A stretch of 63,795 nucleotides of DNA, filler included, from Nemertoderma westbladi (taxonomy: Eukaryota > Animalia > Xenacoelomorpha), in NCBI GenBank assembly GCA_032718475.1. It is 5 parts of 5 records of this genome, joined end to end, with 100 filler letters (N's around TTAATTAATTAA, not from the genome) between each part and the next. Parts side by side here need not be neighbours in the genome. Positions count along the whole stretch, not along the records: positions 13,045 to 27,421 come from JAUCBJ010000098.1; positions 27,522 to 42,172 come from JAUCBJ010008496.1; 3 more parts are not named here. One strand, given 5' to 3'. Shown here one piece after another: positions 27,211 to 40,125 of the stretch. The first letter of the stretch is position 1; every line of letters starts with the position of its first letter. The notes beneath the pieces are model-generated. The model worked only from the letters and a program-made list of their open reading frames with translations. It was not told where the DNA came from and searched no databases. The translations under genes and the position numbers were made by a program.

Positions 27211-27313
27211 CCAAACTGATTTCGAGTCGGACTCCGTTAGACTGATTTTGTTCTCAGAATGCGAAAGAAAGAAAGTATTGTTCGATTCCTCATCGACTCC
27301 CACAACCCAACAG
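27211..27313 (+). CDS. FNIP1: Folliculin-interacting protein, coding exon 2 (start of longin domain); gene cut by the gap
   Basis: tttcag| DQTDFESDSVRLILFSECERKKVLFDSS |gtagga versus human FNIP1 [26 protein letters not shown]. Confidence 0.82.
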
Positions 27314-27421
27314 GTAGGAACTGATCAACTGTTATTATTGTAAGTGCAAACCTTGTATGTATATAATTTATATTTATATTCATCATATCATAAATTCCTT
27401 ACTGTCGAATTCATTTATAGT

Positions 27422-27521
27422 NNNNNNNNNNNNNNNNNNNNNNNNNNNNNNNNNNNNNNNNNNNNTTAATTAATTAANNNNNNNNNNNNNNNNNNNNNNN
27501 NNNNNNNNNNNNNNNNNNNNN
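27422..27521. other. Artificial assembly linker
   Basis: N44-TTAATTAATTAA-N44. Confidence 0.97.
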
Positions 27522-28846
27522 ATATTGTAAGCTGGAGAAAGATCACTCGCGTTTCCCCTACAAGACGTACGTTTTTGGGTATTATTGCGACGAATGCCCA
27601 AGACCCAACCAACAAACGGAAAGACATAAACATCCGCGGAGACGTTGCTTTAAACACAGTTTTACTCGCTATACTTACGGGAGTTTCGAGCGAAACTTGT
27701 TCAATGTATCACCTACGCTCGTTCGACTCAGACGATCCTTAAATAAACCAATGATCAGAGTTTCGGAATACTCGATCAGAGCTCCTCATTCCCTAGTGAG
27801 GCCTCAGACTCTTGATCCTATTAGTATGACGGATCCTCCCGAGCTGTATTCACTGTTCAAAGATCTAGTGCTACCCTAACAATTAATCGGTAACACTCCG
27901 ACAGTGATTTCTAGCTAGCCGCCCATCTTACATAGCCGGATTGTGACGCGGACACCTAATATCACTATCCCACCGTATGGTCGTCCCCGTTTAACGCGAT
28001 ACAATCCTTCATCAAGGTGAAGGAGAGCGTTGTACGAAACGAGTTAAACGCTATTCTATAAAGATCAAAAAAGAAACCTGCGTTTGTTCAGATAAACGTA
28101 AGTTATAACAGTAAGTCCAATCGATAAACGAATTGGCCTTATCTCAGTTCGATTGGGAAATCTCGAATCTCTAAGAAGATATCAAGCTTAGAAAACCCTA
28201 TTCTCTGCGAGAGTTCTGGACGAACGTATCCCATGACAAGCGGAGGAAAATCAGCTCGAGGAGAAGCATATCGAAATGGACGAGACACCGACCGTAAACC
28301 CAAACCTTCTAATGCAATCATATTGCACCCTTCACCCAGGAGTTATGGCCCTCCTAGTAAAGTGGCTCCCCCCAAAGAGAAAAAGACTCTGGCTAGCTTT
28401 AAAAACTGCGTAAACGCCGTCCGCGCAAGAAAGACTAACTGTTTAGAGTATTTATGTATATTAGAAATTGTGATTTTGTATATTTTATAGACTTAAATCC
28501 CATTTTCTGGGAGCGGTGTAAAAGCTTTTGTGGGATAACTGATTCGTTTGCCTTGCTAACCAGTTCCCCCCCAGTCGCTGAATACTCTAAAAGGGGATCT
28601 ATAACTCGAATAGCACAAGCTACCGGCTGATTGGCTGATTTGCTGTGCGAAGGAATCTGGGCTACGTTTGATTGTACAACCAGCTTGGGAAAGTATCTGC
28701 CAATAGGATTTGAGTTGATTTTGATTTCGCCCTATCACAGATCTACTGAACTGAATTTCCTATCTGTATGCTCTTTCTCTGTGTTGGGTGGAAGCCTTTG
28801 TAAATAAGGTTATTCTTATCAGTTTTCAGTGTTGTTGGTCTTTCTT

Positions 28847-29686
28847 TCCTAAGCCAGGAGAGAACGGCTTGTAAATATTTTGTGCTTTTCTGTTTTAGTC
28901 TAACACTAGTAGGCTTAATTATAAAGGGCATATATCCGTTATCAATGCAACAAACCAAACCACAACAATCAACAACTCAAAACAAACCAAACAATCCACA
29001 CTGAATCACTGTGCATACTTTTATATTGTTATACTGCTATTTACTGTCAGTTCTTCATAATATGGTTGATGAATTATTATATTTGGAATAACGATAAATA
29101 ACCCCGAAACCCAATATTCTTGATATACCGAAGGTAAGAGAGAAAGGTTACATATAACGATTGTGACTTATGTTAAAGTGGTTTGAAGTGAATCTAATGT
29201 TATTTGATAGACCCTACATGAGTCGGTCCGTGTTCCTTTTATATATAACTAAAATCAGGGAAGATCGGCAGATCAGTGTGCAGCATTGTGTATGAGTGAG
29301 ACTGATAACGAAGCATTTCCTAAAGAATGCGCCATATATGTGAATTATAACTAAGCCATATCGTTGTGAGTAGTTTAAGTCATAACTCTGTTTATATAGA
29401 TAGAGCGCCACGTCCTAAAGGAACTGTTAATATTCCCCGAAGGTGAATAATATTGTCAGAGATTATATAATACTGTCAGTCGAATAATACATTAGGCTTA
29501 CATAGCAATAAGATTAAGCCGTCGAACCCAATCTCCCGGGTATATCCAGCGGGTGAATGATCGCGCACAGATTGGTTTCGACTAGTGTAGTGAATTAAAT
29601 ACTTGTCATAGACTAAAAGTGATTTATTATCTAGAAGACATCCTAATTTGGCGGGTTAAACTGCCAAAGGTCTGAAAGCGCGAACA
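28847..29686 (+). mobile_element. LTR-like repeat, copy 2 (may extend left toward 27522)
   Basis: Reverse complement of 17171-18037; ends in GCGCGAACA, abutting a LINE ORF. Confidence 0.65.
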
Positions 29687-31609
29687 AATGCAACAAATTG
29701 CGTCAGACACTAATTCTAGTGGTAGTGCGACGACAGCTGTTGGCATTGCGTGCAGCCTTTGTTTTTCAACTTTTCAAAATTCAGATTTAATTTTCAACTG
29801 CAATCTTTGTAAACAGAAATGTCACCGACAATGTGGTTCATTCTTTGAGACTATCGATTTTTCAGACACTACCATTTTATCACTGGTGCAATTTTTGTTA
29901 TCATTATCTATTTCCTTTTGGTAGTGTTGAAAATGACGATCTCGATATATTTTCTAATGAAACGGGTGAAGTTAATTGTGAAGACATACAGGCTGCTGGC
30001 AACATCTTTAGTGATATTAATCCTGATGATAACTTGAATTGCAATTTGATTCTAGGGGATTACTTTAATGAAACAACATTTGATAACCAATTTTACGGAA
30101 ATGACAGCAGATCGAATTTTTCATTAATGCATTCAAATTGCAGGAGCTTAAACGCAAATATATGTGCAATAACAAATTTTTTGGAATCTATGAATGCCAA
30201 TTTCAACATTCTGACTTTTTCTGAAACGTTTTTAACTAAAGATAGTGTATTAAATGAAGTTGCCGTTCGTGGTTTTAAGGAACCTTACTGTGATTTTCGA
30301 AAATGGGGTAAGAGACTAGCCAGAGGAGGCACGGCTATTTATGCGCGCTCCGATTTAGAAACATCAATACGATGCGACCTCCATTTCAACGGCCCTGAAA
30401 ATTGCTGGATAGAAGTGGCGAGGCCTCACCCTAATAAGCCCTTAATAATTGGATGTATTTATCGCTCAGACGAAATAGAATTTGATAGTTTTAATAAAGG
30501 TTTTAATGATACACTTTCCAAATTGGCCTCAACAAATTACGACGTTGTTATAACCGGTGATTATAATATTGATGTTTCTAAACGAAATAAGCCTTGTACT
30601 AGTGAATATATTAATACAATATCTTCTAACGGCTTCACTCAAACTATAAACCAACATACAGTCGGGGTCTCAAAGTGCATCTGTTCTTTGAGATTTTCTC
30701 AAAGTTTTTCTAAAAGTGTCTAAAAGTCATTACATTACTCCCAACGGCCGCTTTGAATTCTTGTAGACACTTTTAGTTGGGAATCTCAAAGTGATTTTCT
30801 GCTTTTAGGCACTTTTAATTCTTTGAATTCTTTGAGAAATGTCACTTTGAGTTAGTTTGCGGTACTTTGAATTCTTTGAGAAAATAAACTCCGAGGTATT
30901 CCTGATTGACAGCTCGTGGTTAGTTAACAGAGAGGCAGAGGCAATCTCGGGGAACAACATCATGCGGGCAACAAAGTGATACTTGTGTGCTGGCCAGTTG
31001 TTGCCTAGAAGCTATTCCAATTAATTATCATATTGAGGTTCCTGAGGTCATTACGGGGTGGGTTTTCGGTCGCAAGTACAAATTGAATTTACGGCGCCCT
31101 AAAGTCTTTCTAAAAAACATTCTTAAAAATCAAATAATACATGAAACATAATTAGTGAAACAAGATTAATGCTTGACAAGATTGATTAATTTAATAACAT
31201 AATACAATATCAGATTAACAATTAATATAAGAGAAACTGCACTGTAGTTTCTCTGTGTATACGCAGTCTCATTATAATGATCTAAAGAAGCCCTGTTGGG
31301 AGAAAGCTTGATAACTATGGTGACGAGAGCGCGAGAATTCCTTCTTAAAAACTATGAAAGGCTTTCGACTGTCAAGTAAGATAGAACGGCTACAATCTTG
31401 TGTTGTTTTAACTTAATATAGATATTGAAATATCCCCTGGCGTTTATATTTGAGCATATTTTAAATGTTTGCCTCATTCAATTGATGTGTACCGCCTTCT
31501 GGCAAAGCGGCACCCAGTTTAAACTATCAATCACAGCTATAGTGAGTAGCGACCCAAGGACGGCGACCTTCAAACAAACAGGTGCAGAGTCGGAAAGAAC
31601 TGTCGTAGG

Positions 31610-32828
31610 GGTGTTCGGACACTTCCCCCCCGGACACTTCCCCCCCGGACAGTTCCCCCCCGCTCAAGTAGGACACTTCCCCCCCGGACACTTCCCCCCC
31701 AGACACTTCCCCCCCGCGGACACTTCCCCCGCGACTGTTCTTAACTTCGCACATTCGTATTTTTCATTTTGTAACGAAAACGGACCGCTTGTATCCAGAT
31801 AAGTTGTATCAAATTTTCCTTTCGTAGCTCAGAAAGTGATCTTTTGCATCCCGATTTTACATTTTATATCCAAGTTTTATTTATGGGTTTTATCAATGCA
31901 ATTACATCGTATTGTTGCTAATCTTTAAACAATTAATTATATTAGATGACCTATAAATTCCATCCCCGGAATGATATACTGTTTTTATTAACTATAGAAT
32001 TATAATAATTAATTGTTTTAATTATAGGTATTATTATGTAATAGTCTTCTTCAAATTGTAGCAGATGGGGATGAATATTATTGTTGCAATCAAAGTTATA
32101 CCTCTCCTGGGTAAAATCGACATGCGTCGACCTGTATTCTGTGTTCAGCATTACATATTGATATATATATTACTACTATACATACTATATAGATATTATA
32201 CACACTACATACTAAATTTCCTGGTTACTTGCAATATTTTTAAAAGGATTTTGTTGAATTATATAATATTGTAGTAATTTATATATTAAATTGGTTAACA
32301 TTCAATACAGCTCCTACTTTAGGCTTAGTCAATTTATTATCTGATGATACAAACATGAATTGATTATTTCAAAGTGGTCTTAAGTCTTTCACCACGGGCA
32401 CTCAGGGAAATGCCGGGGTCTGGGGGCGATAACCCCCAATAAAAGAAGCGGGGGTTTGGGGGCGGCTGCCCCCAAGAAAAGAAGCGGGGGTTTGGGGGCG
32501 GCAGCCCCCAACATAAGAAGCGGGGGTTTGGGGGCGGCAGCCCCAAATTAAAAGATATTAAAAGAATTAATGGAATTAAAAGAAAAACAAACAAAATTTG
32601 ACTATAAAAATGTTTCTTTTATAATTTTGAAAAAACTTGTCTAGATACAACTTGTCTTGTAACCATCTTTAACTTTTGTTTATTGCTTTGATGCACCCAG
32701 ATTAATTTCAACACTTTAACTGGGGGGGAAGTGTCTGGGGGGCAAGTGTCCGGGGGGGAAGTGTCCTACTTGGGCGGGGGGGGAAGTGTCCGGGGGGGAA
32801 GTGTCCGGGGGGGAAGTGTCCTAGATCC
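31610..32828. mobile_element. Mutator-like non-autonomous element with subterminal ggacacttccccccc arrays, long copy
   Basis: Ends GGTGTTCGGACACTTCC / GGAAGTGTCCTAGATCC; 8-bp TSD gtcgtagg/gttgtagg; same family as 52783-53129. Confidence 0.82.
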
Positions 32829-33201
32829 GTTGTAGGCTTTGCTTGGCTTGTGGTACCATTTGATTACCATTACATAATAGATTTTGGCAGACTGGGCAGT
32901 CGCTCTGACAATATGCATTGCGCACCAACAATGCCTAAAACTTCTATGGGAACAGCCAATTAGTGCGCTTGAATCATTTATCTTTATTCCTGCCTCTATC
33001 GTTATTCTTTACTTTGTATAACACAATTTACAGTGCGGCAAAGAATGGCTGGTTGACAATTGAAATGCATTGGTAAAGGTATTCTGCGTTCACGTGGGCT
33101 AAACAAATTTCAACTGTACAGTTTTAGCACTATACATTATTATAGATAGGGCAACAGACAAACTGTCTATGACACAAATACCAACACACCGATAGCCCGC
33201 A

Positions 33202-33580
33202 ATTATGGCGTCTCCAAAGAGTCAAAATATAAATTAATAAAATCCTCTATGAAACAATAAAAATATCTACAAAAAATACTGCTGTATTAAATATTAGTTA
33301 CTGCAGTAACATATAACAATTATTGCAGTAACAAATATTTATTACTGCAATAATCAATATTAATAATTTAATAAATAATTGAATAAAAATTTCTACTGCA
33401 GTAACAAATTATTTGTAACTGCAGAAAAAGACAATTTATTACTACTGCAGTAAGTTTAATTCTTACTTTCAGTAACAAATATTTATTACTGCAGTATTTA
33501 TTGGAGGCATCTTTATTGTTTCATAGAGGTTTTTATTACTTATATTTTACCCTATAGTCAAAGTCAATATACCCCATAAC
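33202..33580. mobile_element. Small foldback MITE with internal tactgcagta repeats
   Basis: Inverted arms ...cctctatgaaacaataaa / tttattgtttcatagagg...; boundaries approximate. Confidence 0.55.
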
Positions 33581-35569
33581 ATAGCCAGCTTCAGGCAGGA
33601 CTGTATGAAATGACTGACAGTACTACTTTGAAATCTTTGAGGACACTTTGTCATTTTCTTAGACCACTTTTAGAACTTTGAGACACTTTTAGTTCTTTGA
33701 GAAAATCTCAAAGAACAGATGCACTTTGAGACCCCGACTGTACTTGTATCACTCCCTATTCTAGATCTACTATAGACCACATCCTTTGTAATATACACTC
33801 ATCTATTTGCTCACCTGGTGTATTTTTAACAGAAACTGGTACTACCGACCACCTTCCTACTTTCATGGTTGTTTACTGATTATTCTTTTTTTTTTCTTCC
33901 TCCTGATACAAAGCGCACTTACGATTACTCACAATTTAACAAAGATAGGTTTACTAATGATGTACGAAACTTTTCCTTTAGATATTCAGCTAATAACACC
34001 CCTGACAAACTTAAACTAGAAAGTTTTTATGATGACTTCACAAATATTTGTAAGGATAACCTTCCCTCCGTGGTTGTACAAAAACGAGATGTTCCAAAGA
34101 AACCTTGGCTCACAAAATCGCTAATTTTAGGAATAAAAAAGAAAAACTTATTATACGCAATATATTCTAAATCACCCACAACTGAAAATTACAATCGTTA
34201 TAAATTATACCGAAATAAATTAACCACACTACTTAGAGCAGCTGAAAAACAATACTACAACTCCGAAATCAATAAAAATTATAATAATATGCGTAAGACT
34301 TGGAAAACATTAAACTCTTTATTACACCGTTCTGCAAAACATCAACACCAAAGAGATTAAACGTTGACAAAGATGGGAAAATTATTTCTCTCTCCAATCC
34401 GGCTGATATAGCCAATGCCTTTAACAATTTCTTTTCCAACATTGGTCCTCAACTTGCTTCACAATTTGCTTCAAGTTCTTGTTGTCCTACTCGCCATGTC
34501 AGACATCCCAAATCCAATTCCTTCGGACTTTCAGAAACATCTCCCGCTGAAATTCATTACATCATTTTACAATTAGATGAGAAGTGCGCCAATGACGATT
34601 TTCCGATTCTTTAGTAAAGCTTGCGGCCCCATTTATATCTACTCATTTATGTAGCTTGATTAATCTCAGTTTACGACTAGGGCATTTTCCTGATTGTCTT
34701 AAGTTAGCAAAGGTCATTCCAGCTTATAGGGGTGGTAACCCATTTCTTCCTACAAACTACCGTCCAATCTCTCTCCTCCCTGTTTTCCATAAAATTTTCG
34801 AAACAGTTTTATACAACCAGCTTATAACATACCTTAATAAATTCAATGTAATTTCGTGTAATCAATTCGGCTTCCGGAAAAAATTCACCACATCATATGC
34901 AGTAATAAATATAGTGGATCCATCCTTATAAAGAAACTTCAGTCATATGGTATAAGCGGAACCCCTCTGTCGATTTTCTCAGATTACTTATCCAATCGTA
35001 AACAGTTTGTTTCATTAGGTGTTACGTCATCTTTAGTTAATTCAATCACCTGTGGTATCCCGCAAGTTTCGGTACTAGGCCCAATTCTTTTTTTACTTTA
35101 TATAAATGATCTCCCAAATGCAACCTCTCTCATTGCCACTCTGTTTGCAGACGATACATCTCTCATGCTCCACGATAGTAACATAACCAGATTAACTAAT
35201 ACTATAAATACTGAAAGTAATTTAATTAATGATTGGCTGATAGATAATAAATTAACCTTAAACACCGATAAAACAGAATACTCCATATTTACATTCTCGC
35301 AAAATTTCAACTTACCAAGCACAACAATTAATATCAACAACAAACCCATCAGATATACGTCTGCTGCAAAATACTTAGGCATAATTATAGATGATAAACT
35401 CACATTTAAGGCGCACATTAAATACATACTTAAAAAAATTTCTAAAACAGGTGGACTGTTCTATAAACTTCGACATATACTTTCTAGAGAGTTACTCCGC
35501 ATGAAGTCCAACACAGATCCTTTGAAAATAAAAATCAATAAAATATTGCGTTGTATCATTCGCTCCATC

Positions 35570-36255
35570 ACCATCAGTGTCTATTATCTCCTTATTCAGA
35601 TTGTACACAACACGAGATCGCTCTCTGCGAAGATTGCGATCTTCCAGTGATTGACTCGGGCGTACACGGACGTCAGAGTAAACAGTGGAACCGTCCTGTC
35701 GTTTAAATGCATCGAAATTTGACTGGAAGGTACGAGCATCATTTTTGTTAGTGAATGAGACCTTTCTTTACAAGGCGATTCCGATCCATCTTCCTTCCAA
35801 GGCGAACAGCATCAGTTACCAAAAGCACGTCGACATCCACCATGCTGTATAGCTGGGAAACAGCAGATTGATCATCAGTCGGACCACTTGATTCCTTCAC
35901 ATTAGAAATAATAATTTCCTTTTTAATGCGTTCATCTTCGAGCACACCCCGGACTGTTGATTCAACCACTTTAGTGAAAGAATCATTATCTCCCTGTCTG
36001 GCTTTACCACGACTTCCAATGACTGTGAATCCATCATGAGATTGCCTTCCAAATCTAAGTAATTTGAGATCCTCCGAAACTGTTTGTATTAATATGGATT
36101 GAGAATCAATGAGCTTCGTTAAATCCGCAACTTTGACATTCAAATCAGTATCCCACAAGTTATAGTCAGATTCTTTCTTTGACTGGGTATCTGAGAACGA
36201 TTTCCGCTGCAGTGATGTGTGGCATGAACGGCATCCGATTGAGAGTGAAATTTAT
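35570..36255 (-). mobile_element. LINE ORF1 fragment (coiled coil plus RRM-like region)
   Basis: IIISNVKES...VRLGRK..RNRLVK, continuing after a frameshift to VRVRPSQSLEDR, a pattern typical of CR1-group ORF1. Confidence 0.65.
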
Positions 36256-36520
36256 GTTTAGAGAGTAATATTACTATATGTAGCCTGATATTGTATTTAT
36301 GCGAGTCCAATTTTAGCTTTAGCTCTAGGATAATGATGTCTACGTGGTGCATGAGGGGCATACGTCTTTTGCCTGCTTAACCAATTCCGGGATTGAGATA
36401 GTTTTAGCTTTGGCTAATTTGTGACACTTGCAAAACCCACAGTTGAAGGAGGATCTGAATAAATTCTTAACAGTTTTCTGTCTAACTTTGACTTAAAATC
36501 GGTTTCATCTTGCGAGGCAT
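36255..36520 (-). pseudogene. Polinton/Maverick integrase N-terminal remnant
   Basis: LLRIYSDP..STVGFASV and NWLSRQKTYAPHAPRR match the Polinton integrase start (YYDP..SFGG..; WL..Q.TYTLH.P.RR); frameshifted. Confidence 0.7.
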
Positions 36521-36732
36521 CTTTTTGCCAACCGCAAATAATATGTATATTCAAATCTCTTATAAATGCCATTACCGTAAAAACAACTGAAATTTTTTTA
36601 TTTTCTTAGGGGTTGATATTTTTTTCTTTTTGCTTTTACTCTCGGAATATCTCGAGGTTTTAAATCAGGCTAGCGGTTTTCTCGATACTAAGTATAATTT
36701 TCTAAATGTCACTTCTGTTTTAACCATTATTA

Positions 36733-37102
36733 TCAACCGCGGTTAATTATTTTTGCAATAGCAGCTCCAGTGGCGGTGGCAATTTTCGCGCCAATGCCAT
36801 GCAGTGGTATTAGAAATGGAAGTATGCCTCCAGATTGATTGCTTAACTTTTTCCTATAACTTAATATATTTTTTGTTTTCCTATTGAGTGTATTTAATAC
36901 CTTTTTATAATGACGAATATTTCTATATAAATTGTGAGTCAATTGTACATTACCCTTTAGAACATTTAAAGCAGTATTTACAATGAGGCATATTAATTCG
37001 TTACTCGTAGTGTGGTAAATAAAATAAGTTCTGAGTTTGCTGAGGGGTAGCGCTGCGTACAAATTCGAATTTGTTACAATATTTCTGTACGAGCCTATTC
37101 AT
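36733..37102 (-). pseudogene. Polinton/adintovirus small core protein with an adenovirus pX-like C-terminus (frameshift near the 5' end)
   Basis: ELICLIVNTALNVLKGNVQL, basic middle, QSGGILPFLIPL; likely start MNRLVQ..RSATPQQ at 37102 in another frame. Confidence 0.75.
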
Positions 37103-37189
37103 TGTTGCAATATTATTAAAAATTTTCAAAATATCGATATTAATTTATAAATTATTATTATTATCGCTACGTTTATAGTCAATGTAATT

Positions 37190-37709
37190 TTTAATGTAAC
37201 AATTATGGTTACGATATATATCCGTTCTAAACATTAAGTGTTCGGGTGTTTCCTGAGTAAGTCAATTAAAAAATGTGAAAACAGGGCAATAGTCGCATCA
37301 GGAATCTTCTAAATACTTTTTGTAAAAAAAAAATGCTTCCCGCCATAAAACATGTTTTATATTATGAAACAAATAAATATATTGGAATGATGAGCAACTT
37401 TAGTAAATAATATGGTTAAAAGGCTGTACTGTTTATAAATCGTCTATAATTAATAAAGCTCGATTATTTACTACACTATCTATATTTTCAGATAGACCTT
37501 AGTAAAGGTGGGTAATACCTGGAATAGGAGGATTGCTACCGTATATAACAATGCAATACTTGCAATGGAGTTTTGTTGAAATAACCATTCTTGTGTTCAA
37601 TTAAGTCGCTGACAAAGGTAGATTTACCAGAACTGGAAGGGCTGGAAGTAATCATGCTTGTTCCCATACAAAAATTTAAATTATCTGGTCCTGAATTAAA
37701 GTCAGCCAT
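37190..37709 (-). pseudogene. Polinton packaging ATPase (A32-like) remnant
   Basis: ATG at 37709, degenerate Walker A SPSSSGKSTFV, C-terminal DAT..FSHFLIDL / QETPEHLMFRTDI; multiple lesions. Confidence 0.7.
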
Positions 37710-40016
37710 TTATTATTATTATTAAGATATATCCACAATATAATATAATATATTATAATTTAATATAAAGAACCATTACCATTACTATGTATGTAACAAT
37801 TTACGGTATAAAATTGGTGCAACTACAGTATTAGTACTGTTTTAATTAACATGTGAAAGCACTGTGAGTTGCAACTAAAGATACACTATATCCGATTGTA
37901 GTATAGCATTATATGATATACCATCTTTATACGCGAGATAGTAATAGGTAACGGGAACAGCCAACAAATCACCTCCCACGAATTTTGCTCCAATGTTTTT
38001 TTTATATTCGCTATTGAAAAGATAGGGAACAATGTAGCCACATCTTCTTACTACATTGCTATAAAAAATATTTTCCGATATTATGAATAAAACACTGGGA
38101 ACATTACTTTGTGCAGAAATATAAGTTAAGTTTCTTAACTCTTTTCATTAATACGGTTCATATCTTGCCAACTTAATATTTAAGTTAGATGTACGCGACA
38201 AATAAGGCAAATTTTAGGACAATTATTAATTTCAGCATATCATCCAATACATATCGCATAAGTCCTATGTTTATTTTCACATTTATAATAATCTCGATGT
38301 TGCAATAATTTATAATAGCAAACTCCATAATTTTCGTTTAAAATATCCATTTTCCGAATAAGTGGGGTGTGACAAATCAAAATCACAATAAAATATATCT
38401 TAAAGTAAATTGAAAATGATAAAAGGTACTCTATAATTACCAATTTGATAATTTTTATTAATTTCTGTAAATTTAATAATACATGCCAAGCAAATCTGAT
38501 ATACTACTGTATAGTGTATATACCAATCAAATGACTTTAATACATAATTACAAATACTACAATTTTCGAATGTTAAAATTTTGATTTTTCGTAGTTATCC
38601 AAATTAAAATTCTTAAAATAAACATAAAATATTTATAATATAATCGGAAGAGTCAGAAATCATCAACATTATCAACAAATTCAACATTATCAATAAACAT
38701 AAAATATTTATAATATAATCGGAAAAGTCAGGAATCATCAACATTATCAACAGATTCTTTAGACTCGATATAGGATTCTCGAAATCATTACTATAAAGAA
38801 AGACATAATATTGTAGGGATTATCCCGATCTAATTTCATTTCAAAATTTTCTCCTCTATCGTTGTATTGCGTAATAACAATTAAACTATCTATCACTGAT
38901 ATTAATAAAAGTGAAATGATTTTTCCATCATCGCACCTTTTAGGTTTTAATCTAAGAGATGATTAGAATTTTCTGTAGCCTCAATATTATTGTACTTACA
39001 ACTTTTCTCACTTTTTCAGAAAAATAAATTTTATAATTATCATCTCCTCAGTGAGAAATAGTATAATCAATAATAATGCAAGGCTCTCCATCTGCTCTAA
39101 AAAATGAATGTCTTACTGTTGGCTTATCCATATCAAAAGATATTATATAATTTTTTTTTATAAATCAAAGTAAAAATAAAAAGTGGAAACTTTTAAACTA
39201 AAACTATTATAAGTGATTAATTGTGATTAAAGTAAGAGATTATATATATATTTTCAGAATAAAATGCATAAGGAACAACGAATGATGTATTACAATGCTA
39301 TAAAAAAAAAGAAACGTGGCATGACATATAGAAACATACAGTATATGAGTACAGTATGTATAATACAGTAGCAGATGGAATATGTTATGACGCGCGATTA
39401 GAAATACGTGGCATGACATGTAGAACAACTACAGTATGTATTGTATAATTCACTAGGGTGGCAAAAGATAGAAATAAAGGCTACATTGCTGGGAAAATAC
39501 CAGGCAAGAATAGGATTGGACGAAGTTGGACAACGCAACCTGATTTGGTGGGAGCAGTTTGGTAATCCTCTATAGGAAACTTGGTTAACGCAACCTGATT
39601 GGTTGGGATCACTATTGGAATCCTGTTGGGATCATTATTGGAATCCTCTTTAAAAGGAAAAAAAACACCACTGAAAAGCATAGAGAGGGGTTGGGCCGGG
39701 GACCTGTAATTTCTACTATTAACGACCAACTAATTACAAGTTAATGGGTGAAAAGTTTAATTGCTTTAACAATAATTGATTTGATTTAATTAAAAATGAG
39801 CAAGTTACAGTTCTGGTCTTTTCTAACCAAAACAATAAACAAAACTTTATTTAAATTTGCACCACGATGACTATAAGAGACAACTTTGTTGCAGATCGAT
39901 CTGGAGATATTTCTAGATATGACGGAAGAGGATTTAAAGAGTTTGGAGATCAATCGTTTCGGTGACAGGCGTCGTCTACGGAACCTAATATTGTATATCC
40001 GTAACGAACGGGGTAT

Positions 40017-40125
40017 GGGAACCAATTAGGGGAAACTCTTGGTAAATAATGGGGAATGGGAACCAATTAGGGGAAACTCTTGGTAACGAATGGGGAATGA
40101 GAACCAATTAGGGAAAACTCTTCGA
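40017..40125. repeat. Three copies of a ~41-bp unit (gaaccaattaggggaaactcttggtaa...)
   Basis: Directly visible. Confidence 0.8.

Larger units (their letters stand above)
30659..33740. mobile_element. Non-autonomous TA-TSD DNA transposon (Tc1/mariner-pogo type) inserted in the LINE endonuclease
   Basis: TIR cagtcggggtctcaaagtgcatctgttctttgagattttctcaaag at both ends, flanked by TA; removing it restores INQHTCITPYSRSTIDHIL. Confidence 0.92.
29688..35560 (+). mobile_element. Degenerate CR1/L2-group (Crack-like) LINE: PHD-like finger, APE endonuclease, reverse transcriptase; interrupted and frameshifted
   Basis: CSLC..CNLC..CH..C; NCRSL, SETFL, RGGTAIY, IYRS, GDYNID, STIDHIL; KPWLT; NYRPISLL, QFGFR, LYINDL, LFADD, KYLGI. 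Confidence 0.92.

Noticed and set aside
17171-29686. The two inverted ~850-bp copies as TIRs of one giant element carrying CYB5D1 and FNIP
   Set aside because: Different contigs, no TSD, noticeable divergence; better explained as two independent LTR copies
31425-32594. GHFPP, GGEVS and WGLPPPNPRF repeat ORFs
   Set aside because: Translations of MITE subterminal repeats
37860-39200. Polinton DNA polymerase B remnant
   Set aside because: Could not read any pPolB motif with confidence
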